Assembly: GCA_903905475.1 (NCBI GenBank)
Contig: CAIVGK010000009.1
Coordinates: 538-64,537 of the forward strand
From: an uncultured Burkholderiales bacterium
Lineage (GTDB): Bacteria; Pseudomonadota; Gammaproteobacteria; Burkholderiales; Burkholderiaceae_C
DNA length: 64,000 bases
Direction of reading: 5' to 3'
The position numbers and the translations under genes were made by a program. Under the pieces are notes generated by a model that saw only the letters and a program-made list of their open reading frames with translations, searched no databases and was not told the origin of the DNA. This document shows, piece after piece, positions 1 to 8,735 of the stretch (positions are counted from its first letter, which is position 1; every line of letters begins with the position of its first letter).

Positions 1-627
1 CAGCGTCTCGAGGCTGCGCCCCGTGCGGTCGCACAGCATGCGTGCCTCGTAGTCGTTGACGGCCACCCAGGTGGCCTGCGCGACGAAACGATTGAGCTCG
101 TCGCCGTCAAACATCGGCAGCCCCTGACCGGGGTCAAACACGAAGGGAATCTTCGCTGCAGCGAGTTGCTGCGCGTGCTCGATCATCGCGTCGCGCCCAT
201 CGGGCGCGATGATGGCGATGCGGATGTCAGCCCGGTCAGGCACCGGCGTGAGCTGAGCTGACTGCATGGCGCCGGGGTGGAATGCCGTGATCTGGTTGTT
301 GTTGCTGTCGGTGATGATGATGGCTTGGGCGGTGAAGCTGTCGCTCTCGATGCGCACGTGATCCGTGCACACCCCCCAGTGGACCAGGCGTTGCAGGTAT
401 TGCGCGCCGTCACTGCCCAGGGCTGCCAGCACCAGTGGCTCGCCGCCGAGCTGGCTGAGCGTGTAGGCGATGTTGCCGGCGCAGCCGCCGAACTCGCGCC
501 TGAGCGTGGGGACCAGAAACGACACGTTGAGGATGTGCACCTGTTCGGGCAGGATCTGTTCGGCGAAGTGGCCGCCGAAGGTGGTGATGGTGTCGAACGC
601 GAGTGATCCGCAAATCAGGGCAGGCAT
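1..627 (-). CDS. PfkB-family carbohydrate/adenosine kinase (C-terminal part lies outside the window)
   Basis: My own minus-strand translation from ATG at 627 reads MPALICGSLAFDTITTFGGHFAEQILPEQVHILNVSFLVPTLRREFGGCAGNIAYTL... It stays open to position 1. It is absent from the ORF track because it runs off the edge. Confidence 0.75.
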   Translation of the reverse strand, partial: MPALICGSLAFDTITTFGGHFAEQILPEQVHILNVSFLVPTLRREFGGCAGNIAYTLSQLGGEPLVLAALGSDGAQYLQRLVHWGVCTDHVRIESDSFTAQAIIITDSNNNQITAFHPGAMQSAQLTPVPDRADIRIAIIAPDGRDAMIEHAQQLAAAKIPFVFDPGQGLPMFDGDELNRFVAQATWVAVNDYEARMLCDRTGRSLETL

Positions 628-650
628 GGAGGCTCCGGGGAACGGGGGAA

Positions 651-1574
651 TCAGGGGTAGAACACTTCAACGGTGTAGCCGCTCACCTTGCTGCCGGTGA
701 CCGCCAGGCTCAGCCGAAGGGGGGTCTCGACTCCGGGCTGGAGCAGTGGCGCCAGGCCTTCGAAGTCGGTGGGCAGCAACGCCCGACGCGACACCACCTC
801 ACCGTGGGTGTCGGTCAGCGACAGATCGAGCGCGGGCATCGCCACCGGCAGCAATCCGCGGTTCTGCAGCGTCACGACCAGCTTCAACGCGTCGGGAGCG
901 TCGGCGCGTTCGGCTGCGCTCAGGGCCGAGTTTTCGATGCGCACCGACTCGATGCGATGCAAGGGGTCGATGCGGCATCCGGCCACAGCGCAGTAGCGCT
1001 TCAAGATGGATTGCGACGCGGGCCACTGGGCCGCGATCTGGTGGCGAAAGTGATGCGCTGCCTGGGCGATCAGACCCAGCAACATCAACAGCGCCAACAG
1101 GCCCAGCGCCAGGCGCACCGGGGTGCGCTGCCACCGCTGGTCCCGGTCGGACTGAAGCACGAAGCCCGGCGCATGCGCCGAATCGGCCATCGGCTCGAAC
1201 CGTGTGCCGTCGGTCTGGGCGCGCTCAACGAGGGTGCCCTCGGGTTCAGCCGCGGGGGCGTCATCGCCCTCCCGGGCTGACTCGGCGCTCGGACTCGCCG
1301 CGAATGAATCGGTCGAATCTTCCGGTGTCTGGTACCCGACTTCCGGCGCAGGCGGTGACGCCTCGAAGTCGTTGGCGTCAGGCTGGCCAGCGAGCGGCGC
1401 GGCCGGCTCCTCCCATGCAGCTGGGGCGTCGTGTTCCAGATCGAACAGCCCTTGCTCCGCATCGAACACCGCATGGCAACGACCGCAACGCACCCAGCCC
1501 TCGGACACCTTGAGCTGGTCCAGAACGACGCGAAATATCGTTCCGCACGAGGTGCAACGGGTGGCGAAGCTCAT
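651..1574 (-). CDS. Zinc-ribbon (MJ0042-type) / DUF3426 membrane protein
   Basis: The N-terminus has a CxxC...CxxC finger (MSFATRCTSCGTIFRVV...VRCGRCHAVF). An acidic/Pro linker, one TM helix and a DUF3426-like C-terminus follow. Confidence 0.7.
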   Translation of the reverse strand: MSFATRCTSCGTIFRVVLDQLKVSEGWVRCGRCHAVFDAEQGLFDLEHDAPAAWEEPAAPLAGQPDANDFEASPPAPEVGYQTPEDSTDSFAASPSAESAREGDDAPAAEPEGTLVERAQTDGTRFEPMADSAHAPGFVLQSDRDQRWQRTPVRLALGLLALLMLLGLIAQAAHHFRHQIAAQWPASQSILKRYCAVAGCRIDPLHRIESVRIENSALSAAERADAPDALKLVVTLQNRGLLPVAMPALDLSLTDTHGEVVSRRALLPTDFEGLAPLLQPGVETPLRLSLAVTGSKVSGYTVEVFYP

Positions 1575-1596
1575 CGCCGAATGATGCCACGCGGCC

Positions 1597-2499
1597 TCAC
1601 GCGGGCCGATGTGCCGTCATCAGGATCCAGCCGTCCTCGGCGTCGCTCGTGACGAGCGACAGCCACGGCGCGTAAGCCTCGGTCAGTTCAGCGGCCTGTC
1701 GATCCAGGATGCCTGCCAGCACCAGGTCACCGCCGGCTTGCACATGGGCGCACAACAGCGGCGCCATCAACTTCAGCGGCGTGGCCAGGATGTTGGCCAG
1801 CACCAGCGGGTAGGGGCCGCATGCGATGTCGGGCAGACCGGCCTGCACGGTCGCCCCGTTGTCACGGGCGTTGTCGACCGTGGCCTGCACGGCGTCGGGG
1901 TCGATGTCGACCGCCTCGATGCCTCGGGCGCCATGCAGCGCGGCACCGATGGCGAGGATGCCCGATCCACAGCCGTAGTCGAGCACCCGCGACCACTGCG
2001 CGCTGCGCTCGGCTGCGTGCTGCGCGATCCAGCGCAGGCACATGCGGGTGGTCGGGTGGGTACCGGTGCCGAACGCCATGCCGGGGTCGAGCCGTATCAC
2101 CCTTTGCGCCTCGGCAGGCGTTTCGTGCCAGCTCGGCACCACCCAGAAATCGGGCGTGATCGGCACCGGCGTGAATTGCGACTGCGTCAGCCGCACCCAG
2201 TCCTGATCGACCAGCGGCGTGATCGACTGCAGTTGCACCGCACTCGCCCAGTCCTGCGCGAGCAGCAGCTCGGCGGCTTCCTGGGCCGCCCGCTCGTCGT
2301 CGAACAGCGCCTTCACGATCGAGCGATCCCAACCCTTGCGGGCCACGGGCATGCCGGGCTCACCAAACAGCGCGCGCTCGGCCTCGGTGTTGGCGTCGGC
2401 ATCCTCGACGGACACCGACAGCGCACCGAGCTCGTCCATCAGCGCATCGCTCACCGATTCGGCCTCGTCCTGCGGGCACAGCAGCAGCAACTCGACCAT
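1597..2499 (-). CDS. prmA: Ribosomal protein L11 methyltransferase
   Basis: N-terminus is MVELLLLCPQDEAESVSDALMDELGA and the SAM motif is VLDYGCGSGILAI. It lies downstream of accBC. Start taken at ATG 2499; GTG 2511 is possible. Confidence 0.85.
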   Translation of the reverse strand: MVELLLLCPQDEAESVSDALMDELGALSVSVEDADANTEAERALFGEPGMPVARKGWDRSIVKALFDDERAAQEAAELLLAQDWASAVQLQSITPLVDQDWVRLTQSQFTPVPITPDFWVVPSWHETPAEAQRVIRLDPGMAFGTGTHPTTRMCLRWIAQHAAERSAQWSRVLDYGCGSGILAIGAALHGARGIEAVDIDPDAVQATVDNARDNGATVQAGLPDIACGPYPLVLANILATPLKLMAPLLCAHVQAGGDLVLAGILDRQAAELTEAYAPWLSLVTSDAEDGWILMTAHRPA

Positions 2500-2529
2500 G
2501 TCAGTACCCACTTGAGGTGGCAGTGCAGA

Positions 2530-3879
2530 TCAACGCTTGTGCCCGCTCATCCACTCCTCCAGGTAGTGGATGCTGGTGCCGCCTTCGACGAACTTGGCAT
2601 CGACCATCAACTCGCGGTGCAGTGGAATGTTGGTCGAGATGCCTTCGATCACCGTCTCGGACAACGCGATGCGCATGCGCGCCAGGGCCTGCTCGCGGGT
2701 GTCGCCGTGAACGATGATCTTGCCGATCATCGAGTCGTAGTGGGGCGGCACGAAGTAGTTGGTGTAGGCGTGCGAATCGACGCGCACCCCCGGTCCGCCC
2801 GGCGGGTGCCAGGTGGTGATGCGACCGGGCGACGGCGTGAACTTGTACGGATCCTCGGCGTTGATGCGGCACTCGATCGAGTGGCCGCGCGTTTCCACCT
2901 GGCGTTGCGTGAACGGCAGCTTTTCCAGCGCGGCAATGCGGATTTGCATTTGCACGATGTCGATGCCGGTGACCAGTTCGGTCACGGGGTGCTCGACCTG
3001 GATGCGCGTGTTCATCTCGATGAAGAAGAACTCGCCGTTCTCGAACAGGAACTCGAAAGTGCCGGCGCCTCGGTAGCCGATCTTCTTGCACGCGGCGACG
3101 CAGCGCTCGCCCAGTCGCTCGATCGCGCGACGCGGAATGCCTGGCGCTGGCGCTTCTTCGATGATCTTCTGGTGGCGCCGCTGCATCGAACAGTCGCGGT
3201 CGCCCAGCCACAGCGCGTTGCGGTGCTGGTCGGCGAGCACCTGGATCTCGATGTGACGCGGGTTCTGGAGAAATTTCTCCATGTAGACCGCCGGGTTGCC
3301 AAACGCCGCGCCGGCTTCGGTGCGGGTGGTCTGCACCGCATGCAGCAAGGCGGCTTCGGTGTGCACCACGCGCATGCCGCGTCCGCCGCCGCCGCCCGAG
3401 GCCTTGATGATCACCGGATACCCGATGGCGCGCGCGGCCTTGACGATTTCGCGTGGGTCTTCGCCGAGCGCGCCTTCGCTGCCCGGCACGCACGGCACGC
3501 CGGACTTGATCATGGCCTGCTTGGCCGAGACCTTGTCGCCCATCATGCGGATGCATTCGGGGGACGGGCCGATGAAGGTGAAGCCACTGCGCTCGACACG
3601 CTCGGCGAAGTCGGCGTTTTCGGACAGGAAGCCGTAGCCGGGGTGGATGGCCTCGGCGTCAGTGACTTCGGCCGTCGAGATGATCGCCGGCATGTTGAGG
3701 TAGCTGAGCGATGACGCCGCCGGTCCGATGCACACCGCCTCGTCGGCGAGCTTGACGTACTTGGCCTCGCGGTCGGCTTCGGAATAGACCACCACCGACT
3801 TGATGCCGAGCTCGCGGCAGGCGCGCTGAATGCGCAGCGCGATCTCGCCGCGGTTGGCTATGAGTATTTTCTTGAACAT
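2530..3879 (-). CDS. accC: Acetyl-CoA carboxylase biotin carboxylase subunit
   Basis: Begins [26 protein letters not shown] with an ATP-grasp fold throughout. Start is ATG 3879, inside the longer ORF 2530..3954. Confidence 0.95.
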   Translation of the reverse strand: MFKKILIANRGEIALRIQRACRELGIKSVVVYSEADREAKYVKLADEAVCIGPAASSLSYLNMPAIISTAEVTDAEAIHPGYGFLSENADFAERVERSGFTFIGPSPECIRMMGDKVSAKQAMIKSGVPCVPGSEGALGEDPREIVKAARAIGYPVIIKASGGGGGRGMRVVHTEAALLHAVQTTRTEAGAAFGNPAVYMEKFLQNPRHIEIQVLADQHRNALWLGDRDCSMQRRHQKIIEEAPAPGIPRRAIERLGERCVAACKKIGYRGAGTFEFLFENGEFFFIEMNTRIQVEHPVTELVTGIDIVQMQIRIAALEKLPFTQRQVETRGHSIECRINAEDPYKFTPSPGRITTWHPPGGPGVRVDSHAYTNYFVPPHYDSMIGKIIVHGDTREQALARMRIALSETVIEGISTNIPLHRELMVDAKFVEGGTSIHYLEEWMSGHKR

Positions 3880-3892
3880 CAACGAACCCGGC

Positions 3893-4339
3893 TCACTCGA
3901 CGATGAACAGGGGCTGGCCGAACTCCACCGCCTGGCCGTTCTCGCACAGCACACGGGTGACCTTGCCCGTCTTGTCGGCTTCGATCTCGTTCATGATCTT
4001 CATCGCTTCGATGATGCAGATGGCCTCGCCTTCCTTGACCTCCGAGCCGATGTCAGCCAGCGGCTTGCCGCCGGGGCTCGCGGCACGGTAGAAGGTTCCG
4101 ACCATCGGGGACTTCACCACGTGGCCGGTTTCCACCGGCGCTTCGGCCACGGCGAGTGCCACGGGCTGAGCGGGCGCCAGCGGCGGCGCTACCGCGGGCG
4201 CCGGCACGTGGCTCGCCATGGCTGCGCGCGGATCGGCCTTGACGATGCGCACCTTGCCTTCGGCTTCGGTGATTTCGAGTTCCGAGATGTTCGATTCCGA
4301 TACCAGATCGATCAGCGTCTTGAGTTTGCGTAAGTCCAT
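3893..4339 (-). CDS. accB: Acetyl-CoA carboxylase biotin carboxyl carrier protein
   Basis: Begins [13 protein letters not shown] and has an Ala/Pro linker. The biotinylation motif [12 protein letters not shown] is present. Confidence 0.95.
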   Translation of the reverse strand: MDLRKLKTLIDLVSESNISELEITEAEGKVRIVKADPRAAMASHVPAPAVAPPLAPAQPVALAVAEAPVETGHVVKSPMVGTFYRAASPGGKPLADIGSEVKEGEAICIIEAMKIMNEIEADKTGKVTRVLCENGQAVEFGQPLFIVE

Positions 4340-4443
4340 GCGAGAGCTCCAACAGGGTGTCTGGTCAGACGTGGGACAGAGGGTTCGTGCTGCGCTGCGC
4401 CGGGATGACCCTCGGTGCGGCGCGTCACTGAGAGATTGACGAT

Positions 4444-4881
4444 TCAGCGGCCGGCGTGGTGCATCGCGTGATCCAGGGCCAGGCGGTAGCCGTCGGCGCC
4501 CAAGCCACAGATCACGCCCACCGCCAGATCGGAGAAATAAGAGTGGTGGCGAAACGGCTCACGCCGGTGAATGTTCGACAGGTGCACCTCGATGAACGGA
4601 ATGCTCACCGCGGCCAGGGCATCGCGCAGACCCACGCTGGTGTGGGTCAGGGCGGCCGGGTTGATGATGATGAACTGGCTGCCATCGGTGCGCGCAGCCT
4701 GCACACGGTCGATCAGCGCGCCTTCGTGGTTGCTTTGAAACGTGTGCACCACCGAGCCGGACTGGGCCGCTGTTTGCACCAGATCGGCGTCGATCTGCTC
4801 AAGCGTTCGGCTGCCATAGACGCCGGGTTCACGGGTTCCCAGCAGGTTCAGGTTGGGTCCATGGAGCACGAGAATTTGCAT
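4444..4881 (-). CDS. aroQ: Type II 3-dehydroquinate dehydratase
   Basis: [23 protein letters not shown]... is a typical AroQ sequence. Confidence 0.95.
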   Translation of the reverse strand: MQILVLHGPNLNLLGTREPGVYGSRTLEQIDADLVQTAAQSGSVVHTFQSNHEGALIDRVQAARTDGSQFIIINPAALTHTSVGLRDALAAVSIPFIEVHLSNIHRREPFRHHSYFSDLAVGVICGLGADGYRLALDHAMHHAGR

Positions 4882-5024
4882 GAAGATGATTCGGCGGGCC
4901 TCTCGGATGCCGGGTCGCTGGTCTGCAGGGGGAGGACTTTACGCTGCTTGAGGTGCGTTGGCGTTTTTTGCAGCCAAATTAACGCCATGCGGCATTTCGG
5001 CCGCCGCCGGACACCGGTTCGGGG

Positions 5025-5552
5025 TCACCCAGCGGTCAAGCCCGCCCAGCGGGTCAGGTCGGCGGGCTTCAGCGCCCCCAGTTTGCGCTCGATCACCCGG
5101 GCGTCGCGCCCCAGCACCACGGTGAAGGGCAGCGAACCTTCGGGGTTGCCCAGCGTTCGGGCCAGCTCGGTGCCTTCCAGCCCCGCCAGGCCGATCGGAA
5201 AGCCCACCGGACGCCGCGCGAGGAACTCGCGCACCGGCGTGGGGCTGTCGATCGCGAGCCCGACCACGTTCCAGCCGCGGACTTGCTGCTGGCGATGGAA
5301 CTCGTCGATCAGGGGCATTTCTCTCACGCACGGCGGGCACCAGGTGGCCCAGAAATTCAGCAACAGCGGCGCGCCGCGCAGGCTCGCCAGCGCCAGTTCA
5401 CCGCCGCCCGGTTGCTCGAAGCGCAGCGCCCAGAACTCGGCGCCGGGGGCGTCGCCAGCGGCGCCACTCACCCAGTGGCGGCTGGCAAAACCAGCACCGC
5501 CCGCCAGTGCCGCAGCGGCCACCCCACCCAGCACCCAGGTGCGTCGATTCAT
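5025..5552 (-). CDS. TlpA-family thiol:disulfide interchange protein (thioredoxin fold)
   Basis: A signal/TM segment (MNRRTWVLGGVAAAALAGG) is followed by the FWATWCPPC motif. Start is ATG 5552, inside the longer ORF 5025..5963. Confidence 0.85.
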   Translation of the reverse strand: MNRRTWVLGGVAAAALAGGAGFASRHWVSGAAGDAPGAEFWALRFEQPGGGELALASLRGAPLLLNFWATWCPPCVREMPLIDEFHRQQQVRGWNVVGLAIDSPTPVREFLARRPVGFPIGLAGLEGTELARTLGNPEGSLPFTVVLGRDARVIERKLGALKPADLTRWAGLTAG

Positions 5553-6148
5553 GTCGGGTTCTCCATTCGCTGTTGCAGCGCGGGCAGGTCGCCGCGCTGG
5601 GTCTGTCCGCTGGCATCGGGCTTGAGGCCGCCGCGCAGGTCGTCGTGATCGAGCACCGTGAGGAACACGGTGACTTCCTCGCCGAGCGCGCGGCTCGGGC
5701 TGCTCACGCGCAGCACATCGACTGGCAGGTTGCGCGGGCCAGACTGGCTGCCGATGTCGAAATCGATGCCCCGGTTGAGCATGCCCATCTCGGCGGCCTT
5801 CGGGTCGTCGCAATACAACTCGATGTGCACGCTCGACAGCCGCGTGGCGGTGCCGCGCCACACCGCGCCCGTCAGGTGCGGCCGAAACTCGGCGAGTCGC
5901 TTCATCCAGGCCGCCGCCACGTCGCGCAAGGCGGCGAGTTCGGCGGGTTGGGTGTCGGCGCAAAACAGCGCCAGGTAGGCGCGCACCTCGTTTTCCACGG
6001 CGACGTTGTCGGGCAACGCGGCCGCACGGGTGCTGCGCTTGCCCAGATCGCGCGCGGCCCGACGTTTGGCCGGCCCGTACTCCAGGCCTTCCTCGACCAC
6101 CAGGCGGGCGGCGCTGGCGGCGATCTCGGCGGTCAGGTCAGACGACAT
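5549..6148 (-). CDS. Conserved hypothetical protein
   Basis: The 199-aa ORF has coding-like composition and overlaps the downstream tlpA-like start by 4 nt. I recognise no motif. Confidence 0.55.
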   Translation of the reverse strand: MSSDLTAEIAASAARLVVEEGLEYGPAKRRAARDLGKRSTRAAALPDNVAVENEVRAYLALFCADTQPAELAALRDVAAAWMKRLAEFRPHLTGAVWRGTATRLSSVHIELYCDDPKAAEMGMLNRGIDFDIGSQSGPRNLPVDVLRVSSPSRALGEEVTVFLTVLDHDDLRGGLKPDASGQTQRGDLPALQQRMENPT

Positions 6149-6166
6149 GGTGGGCTGGCAGGCGGG

Positions 6167-6922
6167 TCAAGGCAGCTCGACGGCGCCCATGCGCGCGGAC
6201 ACCGTGGCCGCGCGCGACAGCAGGTAGGGCGAGTCGGGACGTTTCTCGAAGCGCTTGGGCGCGGGCAGCATCACGGCCAGCCGCGCCGCGGCCATCGGGG
6301 TGAGCCGCGCCGCGCTGGTGTGAAAGTAGTGCTGCGCCGCGGCCTCGGCGCCGAAGATGCCTTCGCCCCACTCGACGCTGTTGAGGTAGATCTCGAGGAT
6401 GCGACGCTTGTCGAGCATCGCTTCGAGCATGAAGGTGAGGATGAATTCCTGCGCCTTGCGCGGCAGGCTGCGCTCGCTGCTCAGGAACAGGTTTTTCGCC
6501 AGTTGCTGGGTGATCGTCGAGCCGCCGATCACCTTGGGCTCGACCTTGCGCGGCGTCTTGGCTTCGAACCGGGCGTTGATCATCTCGGCGCGGGTTTGCG
6601 CCTTCTGGTTGCGCTCCCAGGCCTTTTCGAGCGCGTCCCAGTCGACGCCGTTGTGCTCGGCGAAGCTGGAGTCCTCCGAGGCGATCACCGCGCGCTTGAG
6701 GTGGGGCGAGATGCGCGCGTCGTCCACCCAGCGCTGACTCCAGCCGAGCGTGTGCTGCTCGCTCAGCAAGCGCCAGATCTCGGACCGCTGGAAACTCGTC
6801 GACGTCGGGTCGACCACCGCCATCAGCGCAATGCGCAGCGCAAAGTACAGCTGCAGCGCGACCAGCGCCACCGCCACCAGCGCGGCGAACCGCAGCCATG
6901 ACGCCCGCGGGCTTTTCTTCAT
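6167..6922 (-). CDS. mtgA: Monofunctional biosynthetic peptidoglycan transglycosylase
   Basis: Begins MKKSPRASWLRFAALVAVALV with a TM segment. GT51 motifs are present (IASEDSSFAEHNGVDW, GGSTITQQLAKN). Start is ATG 6922. Confidence 0.9.
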   Translation of the reverse strand: MKKSPRASWLRFAALVAVALVALQLYFALRIALMAVVDPTSTSFQRSEIWRLLSEQHTLGWSQRWVDDARISPHLKRAVIASEDSSFAEHNGVDWDALEKAWERNQKAQTRAEMINARFEAKTPRKVEPKVIGGSTITQQLAKNLFLSSERSLPRKAQEFILTFMLEAMLDKRRILEIYLNSVEWGEGIFGAEAAAQHYFHTSAARLTPMAAARLAVMLPAPKRFEKRPDSPYLLSRAATVSARMGAVELP

Positions 6923-7854
6923 GGCGCCTTGCCCGCAGCCAGCCGCTGCTGCAGCGCCACGAGCACCGGGGCCGTGGCAGGCCGCACGCCGCGCCAGACG
7001 AAAAACGATTCGCCCGCCTGCTCGACCAGCATGCCCAGCCCGTCGCGCCCGAGCGCACCGTGGGCCGCAGCCCACTCCATGAAGGGCTGCGCTGCCGCGC
7101 CGTACATCATGTCAAGCGCCAGCGTGCCGGTGCGCAGCGACGCGGCCGGCACCGGCACGCCGCCCGAGTGCAGGCTGCTCGCGCTGGCGTTGACCACCAC
7201 GTCGAACCCGCAGCCAGGCTGCTGCAGGCTGGCCACGCGCAGGCTCACGCCGTGCGTCGCGGCCCAGTCGGCGTGCCGCGCGGCCAGCGCTTCGGCCTTG
7301 TCGGCGGTGCGGTTGCACAGCACCAGCTCGGCGGGCCGGGCGGCGATCAGCGCGCCCAGCGCTCCGGCCGCCGCGCCACCCGCACCGACCAGCAGCACGC
7401 GCACACCCGCCAGCGGCACGCCGGCGTTGTGTTCGATGTCGCGCACCAGACCGGCACCGTCGGTGTTGTCGGCAAGCCAGCCGCCGGCGTCGAAGCGCAA
7501 CAGGTTGGCCGCTTGCGCCAGGGCGGCGCGCTCGGTGGCCTGTGCGCCCAGCGCAAACGCCTCGAACTTGAACGGCACCGTGACGTTGCAGCCGCGCGCC
7601 GGACCGGGTGTGGCCGGGCCGGCGGCCGACGCATCGACAACAAACTCGCCCACGCTGCCACCCGGCGCATCGGCGAAGGCACGGATCGCCTGCGCGAAGC
7701 CGCCCTCATCGAGCGGACACAGCAATCGTCCGTAGCGCAACGTCTGAGCGGTGGCCGCCGCAAACAAGGCATGGATGAACGGCGACTGGCTGTGCGCCAC
7801 CGGGTGGCCGGCCACGGCGTAGTGGTCGATGGGGGTCATCAAGGTGTCTTTCAA
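6919..7854 (-). CDS. aroE: Shikimate dehydrogenase
   Basis: Contains YAVAGHPVAHSQSPFIH and VLLVGAGGAAAGAL (Rossmann). It overlaps mtgA by 4 nt. An alternative start is ATG 7839. Confidence 0.85.
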   Translation of the reverse strand: MKDTLMTPIDHYAVAGHPVAHSQSPFIHALFAAATAQTLRYGRLLCPLDEGGFAQAIRAFADAPGGSVGEFVVDASAAGPATPGPARGCNVTVPFKFEAFALGAQATERAALAQAANLLRFDAGGWLADNTDGAGLVRDIEHNAGVPLAGVRVLLVGAGGAAAGALGALIAARPAELVLCNRTADKAEALAARHADWAATHGVSLRVASLQQPGCGFDVVVNASASSLHSGGVPVPAASLRTGTLALDMMYGAAAQPFMEWAAAHGALGRDGLGMLVEQAGESFFVWRGVRPATAPVLVALQQRLAAGKAP

Positions 7855-8711
7855 CGGGAGGAGGGGCTTTGCACCGTGGTCTCGAGGCCATCCTCGCGGG
7901 TGAAGCGAAAGCGCGAGGTGACCACCATCTGGTCGAATTCCGCCCTCATCTTGGCCGAGAACGGGCCGAACGGACTGGCCGCGCGCACGATCGCGATCGC
8001 CTGCCGGTCGAGCGCCCTGGATGGCGACGGGCGCACGACCTCGGTGTCGATCACGCGGCCCGCCGCGTCGATCGTCACGTTCATCGTCAGCTCGCCGTAC
8101 AGCTTTTGCCCGCCTTGTTCGGGGAAATGGCTGGTGCCACGGTCTTCGATCTTGCGGCGCAGCCGGTCGTAGTACTGCGCGTAGGCGACCTCGCGCGTGG
8201 CCGGGCTGATGTAGCGCTTCTTCGGCCGGGCGTTTTCCTCGTTGACGCGCTTTTCGATCTGCGCGAGCAGCTGCACCAGCTGGCGCCGCTTGTCTTCCGT
8301 GGCCCGCTCGCTCAGCGAGCCCTCGTCGTGGCTCGGATCGAACGACGGCATCAGCGCGAGTTCGCGGCGCACCTGCGTGAGCAACTGCTGCTGGGCTTGT
8401 TGCAGTTGCTCGATTTGCTTGCGCGAGGTTTCTTCCGCGTCACCGATCTCGGCTTGCGCCGACGGCAGCAGCGGCGACGTGGCCCGACCGGTGGCGGCTT
8501 CGCCGCCGCCGGCGAGCGAGACCTGCGCGACCGCCTGAGCGTGCTCCACCGGCGCGCTCGAGCGCGAGTTGACCAGGATCACCTCGAGCGGCGTGTCCTC
8601 GAAAAGGCGGTTGAAGCGTTCGGGATCGACGAAGCGGATCGTCAGCAGCGCTGCATGCACCGCCAACGAAAAGAGCAGCGCCACCCACAGCGTCGACAGC
8701 TTGCCGAACAT
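7851..8711 (-). CDS. TonB-family protein (C-terminal TonB-like domain)
   Basis: An N-terminal TM segment (LSTLWVALLFSLAVHAALL) and a coiled-coil middle are present. The C-terminus resembles TonB_C (YGELTMNVTIDAAGRV...AIAIVRAASPFGPF). Confidence 0.65.
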   Translation of the reverse strand: MFGKLSTLWVALLFSLAVHAALLTIRFVDPERFNRLFEDTPLEVILVNSRSSAPVEHAQAVAQVSLAGGGEAATGRATSPLLPSAQAEIGDAEETSRKQIEQLQQAQQQLLTQVRRELALMPSFDPSHDEGSLSERATEDKRRQLVQLLAQIEKRVNEENARPKKRYISPATREVAYAQYYDRLRRKIEDRGTSHFPEQGGQKLYGELTMNVTIDAAGRVIDTEVVRPSPSRALDRQAIAIVRAASPFGPFSAKMRAEFDQMVVTSRFRFTREDGLETTVQSPSSR

Positions 8712-8735
8712 GCGCTCAGGTATCGGTTCGGGCGG

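Noticed and set aside
1609-3714. A 701-aa ORF on the plus strand, with similar very long ORFs at 7869..9956 (+), 39626..41551 (-), 56106..57608 (-), 12901..14514 (-) and 28868..30280 (-).
   Set aside because: All lie antisense to genes with unmistakable products (accC/prmA, RNase II-family, YdiJ-like, GT2, purH, cytochrome b). Their translations are Arg/Gly/His/Ala-rich junk, as expected for stop-poor antisense frames in GC-rich DNA.
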